A stretch of 32,904 bases of DNA. Source: a virus. Its lineage: Duplodnaviria > Caudoviricetes. Location: IMG/VR virus record IMGVR_UViG_3300011339_000098, positions 1 to 32,904 of that record; one strand, 5' to 3'. Below the pieces are notes generated by a model. The model was not told the origin of the DNA. It saw only the letters and a program-made list of their open reading frames with translations, and did no database searches. A program made the position numbers and the translations under genes. This document shows, in pieces, positions 1-8,995 of this stretch. The first letter of the stretch is position 1, and the number at the start of each line of letters is the position of its first letter.

Positions 1-127
1 TGGGCGAGGATAAATACCGCCAAGAGTTTGAATGTTCGTTTGATGCTGCTGTAGAGGGTTCTTACTATGGGCAAATGCTGAACGAGTTAGAAGAAAAGAA
101 GCATATGCAAGAGATTCCCAGAGAGGA
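1..127. repeat. 127-bp terminal direct repeat (copy 1); circular-assembly overlap
   Basis: Identical to 32778-32904. Lies mid-TerL, and 127 is a common assembler k-mer. Confidence 0.95.
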
Positions 128-665
128 GTTGAGTAGGACTTTTACTGCTTGGGACTTGGGTATGGGTGACTCTACATCTATCTGGGTAGCCCAATTGGTA
201 GGCTCAGAGATCAGATTGATCGACTACTATGAGAATCATGGGGTGGGCTTAGACCACTATGTGAAGTGGATTAGGGATAACGACTATGAGAAGGCTGAGC
301 ATATTCTGCCCCATGACGTAAGAGTTAGGGAGTTAGGCACAGGCAAGAGTCGTATGGAAATGCTCGAAGAAGCAGGGTTACAGATCAAGATAGCCCCAAG
401 AATGAGCCTAGACGATGGCATCCAAGCGGTAAGGCGTATGCTTTCGAGGTGCTGGTTTAATATGCCAAAGGTAGAAACAGGACTGAACTGCCTGAGAAAC
501 TACCGCAGGGAATACGATGAAAAGCGTAAGATTTTCTATGAGCGTCCTTTGCATGATTGGTCTAGTCATGGCTCGGACTCTTTCCGCTACTTAGCCCTTG
601 GACTTGACGAAGGTCACAGTACATGGTCTAAGCCTATTAACCAAACACCAAAATGGATTGTGTAA
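3..665 (+). CDS. terL: Terminase large subunit, C-terminal nuclease part (continues from 32183 across the join; whole protein 419 aa)
   Basis: In frame with 32183-32777. RNase-H-like motifs TAWDLGMGDST and HDWSSHGSDSFRY. Confidence 0.95.
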   Translation, partial: GEDKYRQEFECSFDAAVEGSYYGQMLNELEEKKHMQEIPREELSRTFTAWDLGMGDSTSIWVAQLVGSEIRLIDYYENHGVGLDHYVKWIRDNDYEKAEHILPHDVRVRELGTGKSRMEMLEEAGLQIKIAPRMSLDDGIQAVRRMLSRCWFNMPKVETGLNCLRNYRREYDEKRKIFYERPLHDWSSHGSDSFRYLALGLDEGHSTWSKPINQTPKWIV

Positions 666-847
666 TGTATGTAGAACGTCAGGGGACTAATTTAGCCCCA
701 AAAGTTAAAGAACTTGAAAACCGCATCGAACTATTGGAAAATATGGTAAAAGAGTTACAATCCTCACCAAGACCGAAACTTGGTCGCCCTCCAAAGGATG
801 CACATGGAAACGAACGACTTGAAGTCGATACTACAGGCAGAAATTGA
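665..847 (+). CDS. Small coiled-coil protein with AT-hook-like RPKLGRPPK (60 aa)
   Basis: TAATG coupling to the terL stop; overlaps the portal start. Confidence 0.6.
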   Translation: MYVERQGTNLAPKVKELENRIELLENMVKELQSSPRPKLGRPPKDAHGNERLEVDTTGRN

Positions 848-2939
848 TGATTCAATTGGATTCATTGAAAGCGAAACTGTCGAGCAGCGCAAACAGGCTT
901 TGGAGGCGTATCTTAGACAACCTTATGGTAACGAAGTTGAAGGCAAGTCTTCAATCGTTACTGGCGAAGTAGCAGAAGCCATTGATGGCGCATTACCTAG
1001 CTTAGTTCGCATCTTTACAGGCTCAGATCAGATTGTTGTTTTTGAGCCACAAGGCCCACAAGACGAAGCCTCTGCCAAGCAAGCTACCGACTACTGTAAT
1101 TGGGTATTTAACAGGGATAACGAAGGCGTAGCCATTCTCCATGATTGGTTCAAGGATGCTCTCTTGCAAAAGAATGGCATCGTTAAAGCCTATTGGGAAG
1201 ACAAAGAAAACATCACTAAAGAGCGTTACTTCAACTTGTCTAACGATGAGTTAGCTATGCTTATGTCTGACAACACAATGGAGATTGTCGAGCAGGACAC
1301 AGAAGACTTCCCAATGTTTGACCAGATGGGTCAACCTGCGCTAGACCAGATGGGTCAGCCACTCATTAACTCTGTTCACAATGTTGTGGTGCAGCAAAAG
1401 AAAATGGTTGGTCGGGTTCGCATCGAGAACGTGCCTCCAGAGGAATTCTTGATAAGCAAGAAGGCTAGAACGATTGCTGATAGCCCATTTGTAGCCCACA
1501 GGCAGATGTTGACTCGTAGCACATTGGTGGCTATGGGTTTTAACAAGAAGCAGGTCGAAGGCTTGCAGATGGGTGATGCCTTGGCGTACACACCAGAGCG
1601 TGTGGCAAGATTCTCCGCAGGTGAGCAACCTTACCAAGTACAGACCGATGACCCCTCGATGCAAGAGATTGAGGTCTTTGAGTGCTATGTTAAGACCGAT
1701 GTAAATGGTAAAGGTATTGCCTCACTTGTTCAGGTGTTCTACGCATCTAACGAGATTCTTGAGGATGAAAAAGGTAAGGAAATGGTCGAGGAAGTGGACT
1801 ATGTTCCTTTCCACTCAATCTGCCCTATCCCAATTCCGCACAAGTTCTTTGGTAACTCACTTGCTGATAGAACGACAGACATTCAGCTAATCAAGACTAC
1901 GATTACTCGTCAGATTCTTGATAACCTCTATCTGACAAACAATGCACGAGTGGTAGCTGTTGAGGGTCAAGTAAACCTTGACGACTTGCTTACATCTACC
2001 GCAGGTGGTGTTATTCGTGCCAAGGCTATTGGTGCGGTTCAGCAGTTGAGCGTTCAGAACGTAGCCACTTCTGCTTTCCCGATGCTTCAGTACTTGGACA
2101 CAATGCAGTCTAAGCGTACAGGTGTGTCGGATGCTTCACAGGGCTTAGACCCCTCGATCTTGCAGAACGTAACTGCTGCGGCTGTTGCTTCTATGCAACA
2201 AGCTGGCGCAGGTAAGATTGAACTAATGGCTCGAATCTTTGCTGAGACAGGCGTTAAGTCTCTGTTTAAGGGCATCTTGCATCTGCTGTGTAAGTACCAA
2301 GACAAGCCTCGTTTGGTGCGTATGCGTGGTGAGTTCGTAGAGTTTGACCCTCGCACATGGGCTAACCAATACGATGTATCCATTAACGTGGGATTGGGTT
2401 CTGGTAATCGTCAAGAGCAAATGGCTATGCTGTCGATGGTTCTTGCTAAACAAGAGCAATTGATTGGTCAGTACGGCCCTGCTAATCCTTACGTCACACC
2501 AGCGCAGTATCGTTCTACTCTAGGACGCATGGTTGAGTTGGCAGGATTTAAAGATAGTGCTGAGTTCTACAAAGCGATTACGCCAGAGCAAGATCAGCAA
2601 TTGTCTAATCCTCCTGCACAACAAGAGCCTCCAATGCCTCCAGAAGTTCAGGTTTTGATGGCTAGAACACAAGCTGAGATTCAAGCTAACCAACAAAAGG
2701 CTCAAGCTGATATGCAATTGCAACAACAGCAAATGCAGATTGACTCGCAAATGGCTCAGCAAAAGGCTGGTCTTGAGATGCAATTGTTGCGTGAGAAAGA
2801 AGCCGCTAAGTTGCAATTAGAGCGTGAGAAACAACAGGCTTACTTTGCTATGAAGCAACAAGAGTTTGAGATTGAGGCTCAATTGAAAGCGATGAAGGTT
2901 GGTGCTGGTATTACCTCTAACGTAGAAATTAAAGGCTAA
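804..2939 (+). CDS. Portal protein (P22/SU10-like) with Q-rich C-terminal coiled-coil barrel
   Basis: ~711 aa after TerL. PFHSICPIPIPHKFFGNS and LDNLYLTNN portal-type motifs; AAGGA upstream of ATG 804. Confidence 0.92.
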   Translation: METNDLKSILQAEIDDSIGFIESETVEQRKQALEAYLRQPYGNEVEGKSSIVTGEVAEAIDGALPSLVRIFTGSDQIVVFEPQGPQDEASAKQATDYCNWVFNRDNEGVAILHDWFKDALLQKNGIVKAYWEDKENITKERYFNLSNDELAMLMSDNTMEIVEQDTEDFPMFDQMGQPALDQMGQPLINSVHNVVVQQKKMVGRVRIENVPPEEFLISKKARTIADSPFVAHRQMLTRSTLVAMGFNKKQVEGLQMGDALAYTPERVARFSAGEQPYQVQTDDPSMQEIEVFECYVKTDVNGKGIASLVQVFYASNEILEDEKGKEMVEEVDYVPFHSICPIPIPHKFFGNSLADRTTDIQLIKTTITRQILDNLYLTNNARVVAVEGQVNLDDLLTSTAGGVIRAKAIGAVQQLSVQNVATSAFPMLQYLDTMQSKRTGVSDASQGLDPSILQNVTAAAVASMQQAGAGKIELMARIFAETGVKSLFKGILHLLCKYQDKPRLVRMRGEFVEFDPRTWANQYDVSINVGLGSGNRQEQMAMLSMVLAKQEQLIGQYGPANPYVTPAQYRSTLGRMVELAGFKDSAEFYKAITPEQDQQLSNPPAQQEPPMPPEVQVLMARTQAEIQANQQKAQADMQLQQQQMQIDSQMAQQKAGLEMQLLREKEAAKLQLEREKQQAYFAMKQQEFEIEAQLKAMKVGAGITSNVEIKG

Positions 2940-2941
2940 TC

Positions 2942-3223
2942 ATGGAAACAAAAAGCGAACTAGAACAAACCAAGCAAATGGTTCGAGAGGCTATGATTGA
3001 AGACAATGTTAGCCCTCAGACATTGATTCGTCTTGGTAAGATGGCTGAAGCTGTTTTAAAAGATAAATCACTTTATCCTAAGTTTTTGAAAGCTGTTGTA
3101 GAAAGCGAATTAGCTGATGAGGATGATATGGATGAAGAAATAGATTATCAAATCATTGGCGTAATTGCTACGCTAGGTGAGATGACAAGGCAAATGATTG
3201 CCTCTGGTGAAATAGAGGCTTGA
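2942..3223 (+). CDS. Hypothetical acidic helical protein (93 aa)
   Basis: Tightly packed ORF after the portal. Confidence 0.75.
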   Translation: METKSELEQTKQMVREAMIEDNVSPQTLIRLGKMAEAVLKDKSLYPKFLKAVVESELADEDDMDEEIDYQIIGVIATLGEMTRQMIASGEIEA

Positions 3224-3224
3224 T

Positions 3225-4181
3225 ATGGGGTGGAAAAAGTTTAAAAGTTTCCTAAAGAAAGTTGCTGCGCCAGTAGCCGCTATTGCCGCAATTGCTTTTC
3301 CTCCGCTTATTCCCGCAATCGGTACTGCACTTGGTGCATCAGGTGCGGCTGCTTCCGTTGTTGGTGCTGCGGCTTTAAGTACTGGTGCAAGTTTAGCCTC
3401 TGGGGAATCTTTAGGAGACGCATTAAAAGCAGGTGCTTTATCTGGTTTGACTGCTGGTCTTTTAGGCCCATCAGCATCAGGAGGCGGTGGGTCAGCCTTG
3501 GACGCTGGCATGAATGTCTATCCTACATCTGGCATAAGTGAGGCTGTGGGCGGTACTGCTGCTTTATCAGCCTTAGATGCTGGTATGGGTGCTTATCCAA
3601 GTACAGGCAATGTTGGCGCATCGGCATTAGATGCTGGCATGAATGTTTACCCAAGCACAGGCGATATTGGTGCATCTGCGCTAGACGCTGGCATGGGTGT
3701 TTACCCAAGCACAGGTACTGTTGGCGATGTTGCGTCTTCTGCTGCGCCATCTGGTTTGTCATTAAGTGGAAGTGATGCGTTAAAAATAGCTGGAATTGCA
3801 GCTACAGCAGCAGGTGCAGGTCAGTTAGCAAGTAGCGGCACTAGTGGTACTGGTGGATTTGATATTGTTCCAGTTCCTAGCGATTGGAGAAGCCCTCCTC
3901 CTACAACAGTTGCACAGTACACACCACTAGCACCTATTGATTTTGGCAATGCACAAATGCTTCAGGGTACGCAATGGGAGAGGCTACTTAATCCTACCTA
4001 CAATCAGCCAGTACCAAATCCTGCTGTATCTACAAATCCATCCAACATGAGTTTTGAAGAACTAACAAGAATCTTAGGTAGCACTAAGGCTTCAATACCT
4101 ACGCAGAATCTAACAATCAACGATGTAATTGCAGGAATACAAAGTCAATATGGACAAACACCTCAAGGCTCAATGGGCTAA
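3225..4181 (+). CDS. Gly/Ala-rich protein with cationic amphipathic N-terminus and internal repeats; possible ejection/membrane-active virion protein
   Basis: GAGG RBS; MGWKKFKSFLKKVAAPVAAIAAIAF then G/A-rich hydrophobic helices; four SALDAGMxxYPxxG repeats. Confidence 0.65.
   Translation: MGWKKFKSFLKKVAAPVAAIAAIAFPPLIPAIGTALGASGAAASVVGAAALSTGASLASGESLGDALKAGALSGLTAGLLGPSASGGGGSALDAGMNVYPTSGISEAVGGTAALSALDAGMGAYPSTGNVGASALDAGMNVYPSTGDIGASALDAGMGVYPSTGTVGDVASSAAPSGLSLSGSDALKIAGIAATAAGAGQLASSGTSGTGGFDIVPVPSDWRSPPPTTVAQYTPLAPIDFGNAQMLQGTQWERLLNPTYNQPVPNPAVSTNPSNMSFEELTRILGSTKASIPTQNLTINDVIAGIQSQYGQTPQGSMG
3492..3716 (+). repeat. Four in-frame 42-nt repeats encoding SALDAGM(N/G)(V/A)YP(TS/ST)G
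   Basis: Copies start at 3492, 3567, 3621 and 3675 (spacing 75, 54, 54 nt). Confidence 0.9.
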
Positions 4182-4389
4182 GAATCTGTTAAACGATGAC
4201 TTTTTCAAAGAAGTCATAGATAATTTGAAAAAAGAACAGATTAGTGTGATAATTAACACGAATAGTAGTGAAATAGATAGGCGTGAAGACGCTTATAGAC
4301 ACATTAGGACACTTGAGTTAATCACAGGACACCTAGAAGGCTTGGCCTCGGAAACTGCGATTAGAGATAAGAAGTGGAAGATTTTGTGA
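4150..4389 (+). CDS. Small protein preceding the scaffold (79 aa)
   Basis: AGGA upstream of ATG 4150; helical; typical portal-scaffold position. Confidence 0.7.
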   Translation: MDKHLKAQWAKNLLNDDFFKEVIDNLKKEQISVIINTNSSEIDRREDAYRHIRTLELITGHLEGLASETAIRDKKWKIL

Positions 4390-4451
4390 ATTCTGTTGCG
4401 TAAAAGCAACACCGCAGTTCAGACGGATTCTGACGATTTTTGAGATGACAA

Positions 4452-5387
4452 ATGGAAAACACCAACCCACAAGGGAGTGAAAGCCTAAATGTAAACCAAG
4501 CCGCTTCAGCGTTTGAGAGTTTAATGGGTGATTCTGACGAAGCCTCACAAGGCCAATCTGATGGACAAACAGAGCAACTAGAAGCGAGTGACGAAGTTGA
4601 GCAAGAGTACGAGGAGGAATCCGAGGAAACTGCGCCCAAACCTAGATATAAAGTCAAGGCTGCTGGTGAGGAAATTGAAGTAGACGAAGAAGAACTCATC
4701 AAGGGCTATCAACAAGGTGCGGATTACACAAAGAAGTCTCAGGCTTTAGCTGAACAACGTAAGGCTCTCGAAGCTGAGCGTGGTCATTTAGAGCAAGTGA
4801 AACAAGAGCGACAAGCGTATGCCCAGAAATTACAGGCTTTGGATAGCTTCCTAAGTCAGCAAGATCGAGGCGTTAACTTAGATGTTCTAAAGGAAACAGA
4901 CCCCATTGGTTATGCGGTGGCGGTAGCTGAACAGAGTCAGCGTGAGAAACAGTTAGCGGTAGTTAGGAATGAACAGCAACGCATTGCACAACAGCAACAA
5001 GCCGAGCAACAAGCCTCTCTGCAAAGCCATCTCCGTTCTGAGTCTGAGAAGTTAGCAAGTCTGATTCCTGAGTTAGCTACTGCACAGGGTGATGCGGTTC
5101 GGAAACAAATCCGTGACTATGCGAAGTCTGTTGGGTGGTCTGACCAAGAACTCAGTCAACTGTACGACAGTCGTGCTGTGGTGACTTTGTATAACGGAAT
5201 GAAGTATCAGCAACTTCAAAAGAGCAAGCCAGAGGTAAACAAGAAACTTCAGGCTGCCCCTAAGATGATGCGATCAGGCACTTCAGCCCCTCCTACGAAG
5301 TCGTCACATGATAAACAGGCAATGCAAAGGTTGCGTGAGACAGGAAAAGTCACAGACGCAGCAAAAGCATTTGAACGATTCTTTTAA
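4452..5387 (+). CDS. Capsid scaffolding protein
   Basis: Acidic N-terminus, KVKAAGEEIEVDEEELIKGYQQGADYTKK motif, coiled coil; directly before the capsid gene. Confidence 0.88.
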   Translation: MENTNPQGSESLNVNQAASAFESLMGDSDEASQGQSDGQTEQLEASDEVEQEYEEESEETAPKPRYKVKAAGEEIEVDEEELIKGYQQGADYTKKSQALAEQRKALEAERGHLEQVKQERQAYAQKLQALDSFLSQQDRGVNLDVLKETDPIGYAVAVAEQSQREKQLAVVRNEQQRIAQQQQAEQQASLQSHLRSESEKLASLIPELATAQGDAVRKQIRDYAKSVGWSDQELSQLYDSRAVVTLYNGMKYQQLQKSKPEVNKKLQAAPKMMRSGTSAPPTKSSHDKQAMQRLRETGKVTDAAKAFERFF

Positions 5388-5405
5388 ATTTTGGAGTATT
5401 AAATT

Positions 5406-6356
5406 ATGGCTACCTATCAAACCTACACCGCTATTGGTCAGCGTGAAGACCTTTCGGATGTTATCTACTCGATTTCACCAACAGATGTCCCATTTATGTC
5501 GTCTATCGGCAAGACAAAAGCAACTGCTGTTTATCACGAGTGGCAGACTGACTCTTTGGCAGCCGCATCGTTGACTAACTATGCAGTTGAAGGCGACACA
5601 GCATCTGATGCCACCATGTCTCCTACAACTCGTATCGGCAACCGCACACAGATTGCCCAGAAGACTGTAAAGATTTCTGGCACTTTGCAAGCTGTTGACA
5701 AAGCTGGTCGCAAGTCTGAAAAGGCTTATCAATTGGCTAAGGCTTCTGCTGAAATTAAGCGTGACATGGAGACTTCTTTGCTAAGTAACCAAGTTGCTGC
5801 TAACGGCAATAGCTCTACTGCTCGTAAATTGGGTGGTCTGCAAGCATGGTTGGCTACCAATGGTTCTTTTGGTACATCTGGTTCTGCTGGTGCTTCTGGC
5901 ACTACTGCTCGCACCAACGGCACAAACCGCACTTTCACAGAAGCCTTGTTGCAATCTGTTGTTAAGAGCGTTTATTCCTCTGGTGGCAACCCCAAAGTGT
6001 TGATGGTTAACCCTGCTCACAAGCAGACAGTTTCCGCTTTCACAGGTATTGCTGCACAGCGTTTCATGGCCCCAAGCAATGCGCCTACGACTATCGTCAG
6101 CGCGGCAGATGTTTATTTGAGCGACTTTGGTGCAATCTCAATTGTTCCCAACCGCTTTATGACATCTACCAACTCTTGCGATGAGACGGCGTTTGTGCTT
6201 GACCCCGACATGGCTGCTATCGCTTACTTGCGTCCTTTCCAGACCAACGAATTGGCTGTGACTGGCGACAATGAGTCTACACAGTTGTTGGCTGAGTACA
6301 CCTTGGAAGTTAAAAACGAAGCTGCTCACGGCATCATTGCTGACTTGACACCTTAA
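5406..6356 (+). CDS. Major capsid protein (DUF5309/SU10-type HK97 fold)
   Basis: GQREDLSDVIYSISPTDVPF, HEWQTDSL and EYTLEVKNEAAHG motifs; GGAG RBS; followed by a terminator. Confidence 0.93.
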   Translation: MATYQTYTAIGQREDLSDVIYSISPTDVPFMSSIGKTKATAVYHEWQTDSLAAASLTNYAVEGDTASDATMSPTTRIGNRTQIAQKTVKISGTLQAVDKAGRKSEKAYQLAKASAEIKRDMETSLLSNQVAANGNSSTARKLGGLQAWLATNGSFGTSGSAGASGTTARTNGTNRTFTEALLQSVVKSVYSSGGNPKVLMVNPAHKQTVSAFTGIAAQRFMAPSNAPTTIVSAADVYLSDFGAISIVPNRFMTSTNSCDETAFVLDPDMAAIAYLRPFQTNELAVTGDNESTQLLAEYTLEVKNEAAHGIIADLTP

Positions 6357-6372
6357 TCTAAGGTAACTCCGA

Positions 6373-6410
6373 AAAATGCCTCAGACTAAACCTCTGGGGC
6401 ATTTTCTTTT
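6373..6410 (+). terminator. Intrinsic terminator after capsid gene
   Basis: aaaatgcctcaga / tctggggcatttt stem followed by ttttctttt. Confidence 0.8.
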
Positions 6411-6435
6411 CTACGCAAACTGATAGAATTAGGCT

Positions 6436-6750
6436 ATGCAAAATCTTAACAACTTTAGACAAACTGCTGTCCATGCCGATGGTGAGGGTGGCATCATTAT
6501 TCAGACTCGTCAAGATGTTTCAGATATTGTTGAGCAGAATAAAAAAGAGTACAACTCGTATGACGAGAGAGCAAGATGGTCTGACCAATTGTTTGGCAAT
6601 AAGGTTGCCTCGATTCCAATGACAGTTATTGATGACCTGAATAAAGCTGGAATCATGCGTGGTTTTGCTGTTCTGGATGACAAGCGTTTTGCTTCTTGGT
6701 TAAATGACCCAATGAATCGTGCATGGCGCACTAGAACAGGAGTAGTATGA
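6436..6750 (+). CDS. Virion-associated protein (104 aa)
   Basis: Between capsid and adaptor; VASIP...WLNDP..RAWRT pattern. Confidence 0.7.
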   Translation: MQNLNNFRQTAVHADGEGGIIIQTRQDVSDIVEQNKKEYNSYDERARWSDQLFGNKVASIPMTVIDDLNKAGIMRGFAVLDDKRFASWLNDPMNRAWRTRTGVV

Positions 6751-7367
6751 GTTTCGCAACATACTCTGATTTAAAGACCTCGATTGCAGGTTACTTAGCT
6801 AGGTCTGATCTGACTAGCCAGATTCCCGACTTTATTACATTTGCTGAGAATCGTCTGCGTAGAGAACTACGGATTCGTCAGATGCTAAAGTCTGTAACAA
6901 CATCCTCTGTATCTGGTGATGCAACTGTTGAGATTCCTAGCGACTTCTTGGAGATTCGTGATTTTGTCGTGATGACAAACCCTATCCAACCACTAAGTTA
7001 CTCTAGCCCCTCTGCATTATCTAATGACCCAAGAACTTCAGAAGTTGGTGTTCCTAAGTCTTACACCATTCTTGCTAGTGAGTTTCAATTAACTCCTGCA
7101 CCTGATGGCGTATATACATTGAAGCTACTGTACTTCTCTGCGCCAGCGTATCTGTCTAGCACAAACGCTTCTAATGTATTCTTGACAACAGCACCTGATG
7201 CTTTGCTCTATGCGTCATTGGTGGAAGCAGAGCCGTATTTAATGAATGATGTACGAATCAATACATGGGGTGCTATGTATGATCGTGCGATTTCCTCACT
7301 CACCAAGTCTGATGAAAGTACTCAGTACTCTGGTGTCCCATTAGCAATGAAACTTACTGCAAGGTGA
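6747..7367 (+). CDS. Head-tail adaptor (SU10/P22 gp4-like)
   Basis: TYSDLK..IA.YLARSDLT.QIPDFI..AE and PDALLYASL.EA.PY motifs; ATGA coupling. Confidence 0.8.
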   Translation: MSFATYSDLKTSIAGYLARSDLTSQIPDFITFAENRLRRELRIRQMLKSVTTSSVSGDATVEIPSDFLEIRDFVVMTNPIQPLSYSSPSALSNDPRTSEVGVPKSYTILASEFQLTPAPDGVYTLKLLYFSAPAYLSSTNASNVFLTTAPDALLYASLVEAEPYLMNDVRINTWGAMYDRAISSLTKSDESTQYSGVPLAMKLTAR

Positions 7368-7371
7368 AACT

Positions 7372-7758
7372 ATGGCTGAAATGTCCAACTATCTCGAAAA
7401 TGCGTTAATCAATGTAACGCTACGAGCAACAAGCTATACAGCACCTACGACTGTATATGTGGCTCTGTACACAACTGACCCAACCGATGCTGATACTGGA
7501 ACAGAATGTTCTGGTACTTCATACGCTCGTCAGGCTGTGACCTTTGGTGCGCCTAGCAATGGTGCGACTACCAACTCTGCTGCTGTTGAGTTTCCTCAAG
7601 CTGGTGGCTCATGGGGTACGATTACACACATCGGAATCCGTGATGCTTTGACTACAGGCAATTTGCTGTATCACACACCGCTAGACGCATCTAAGACTAT
7701 TGCAACTGGCGATGTATTCCGCATTGCCTCTGGTTCATTGAGCGTCACATTGGCGTGA
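7372..7758 (+). CDS. Small beta-rich tail/virion structural protein
   Basis: SNYLEN, VYVALYTTDP, YARQAVTF and WGTITH motifs typical of small phage tail proteins. Confidence 0.75.
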   Translation: MAEMSNYLENALINVTLRATSYTAPTTVYVALYTTDPTDADTGTECSGTSYARQAVTFGAPSNGATTNSAAVEFPQAGGSWGTITHIGIRDALTTGNLLYHTPLDASKTIATGDVFRIASGSLSVTLA

Positions 7759-7759
7759 G

Positions 7760-8995
7760 ATGGCTGATTTACTGCCACCATGGACGATCGACTCGCTAGA
7801 CAATTTAAAGTCTAGCATTGATGACTTAACACTCACACTCGATAGTTCACTCTACACAACCTCAGTAACCCTATGGGATGCCTATGGGTCTGTGAGTGCT
7901 TCTGCGACTGTTACGGCTAATGCTGTAAGGGTTCAGAATGGTGTAGCGGCAGTAAATGGAACGGCAGATGTAACGGCTAGTGGAACTAGGGTTCAATTTG
8001 CTAGTGCAAGTATTACAGGCTCTGCAAGTGCTTCATGCGAAGGTATAAGAGTACAGTTTGGCTCTGGTGCTGTAGATGGAAATGCGACTGTTACTGCGGA
8101 TGCAATCAGGGTTCAGTTTGGTACTGGAAGTATTACCGCTAATGCGGATGTAACGGCAATTGGTACTCGTGTCCAGTTTGGCAATGCGGCTATTACTGGT
8201 ACTGCCGATGTAACTGCTCTTGGTGGAATCATAGCCTTTGCTTCTGCGGCTATAACTGGTGATGCAACTGTTACTGCTGATGGCATAAGAGTACAAAATG
8301 CGGCAGGTAGCATTACTGGTAACGCAACTGTTACTGCCAATGGTGGAATCGTTGCTGATGCTAATGCAAGTATCACTTGTGATGCAGATTTTACGGCTTC
8401 TGCTTCCGCAATTTACGCAGGTGTTGCTAGTGTTACTGGTACGGCTACGATCACAGCCAAAGGTAATATTCTTGGCGATAACTGGACACCAGTACCACAA
8501 GACACTAATACTTGGACACCTGTTTCTGGTGACTCAAATATATGGACAACCATTTCTAGTGGTGACCCTAACGCACCAAGCGAAACATGGGCTAATTATG
8601 TTACGCCATATATTTTGTTTAGTGCTGATGTTGATGTTTTCTTTGCACAAACACCAGTAGATGCAGATGTAGGAAATAATATTATCAATGATTGGAACAC
8701 TTGGGTTTTGTCTACTGTTAGTGTTGGTGATGCCATCTATGGTCAATTAGCAGGTGGAAGCAAGTTGTACTATGGTGTTGTAACGGAAATTACAGATGGC
8801 GGTAGTTTTTTATATCCAGCTAATATTTATGTAAGCAATCCAAACAATAATCCTACAGTTTCATTTGTTTACCCAACAAATTTCACTTTTAGCAACAATG
8901 CTTTTGATGCAAACACATGGACACCTGTGTCTGCCAACGACAACACATGGACAATTCAGGCTCAAGGAAGTAACACATGGCTACGACAAAACTAA
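7760..8995 (+). CDS. Fibre-like tail protein with ~21-aa Gly/Ala/Thr repeats, NTWT repeats and an inserted domain
   Basis: Repeats such as ASITG.A.VTA.G.RVQFG; C-terminal NTWTPV repeats. Confidence 0.75.
   Translation: MADLLPPWTIDSLDNLKSSIDDLTLTLDSSLYTTSVTLWDAYGSVSASATVTANAVRVQNGVAAVNGTADVTASGTRVQFASASITGSASASCEGIRVQFGSGAVDGNATVTADAIRVQFGTGSITANADVTAIGTRVQFGNAAITGTADVTALGGIIAFASAAITGDATVTADGIRVQNAAGSITGNATVTANGGIVADANASITCDADFTASASAIYAGVASVTGTATITAKGNILGDNWTPVPQDTNTWTPVSGDSNIWTTISSGDPNAPSETWANYVTPYILFSADVDVFFAQTPVDADVGNNIINDWNTWVLSTVSVGDAIYGQLAGGSKLYYGVVTEITDGGSFLYPANIYVSNPNNNPTVSFVYPTNFTFSNNAFDANTWTPVSANDNTWTIQAQGSNTWLRQN

Noticed and set aside
1320-1357. Duplicated gaccagatgggtca (DQMGQP x2) in the portal
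   Set aside because: A short in-frame duplication in a probable flexible loop; no sign of a separate function.
3492-3716. Repeats as a CRISPR array or DGR template/variable pair
   Set aside because: They are in-frame with synonymous divergence and no adenine-specific pattern; no cas or reverse transcriptase gene is present.
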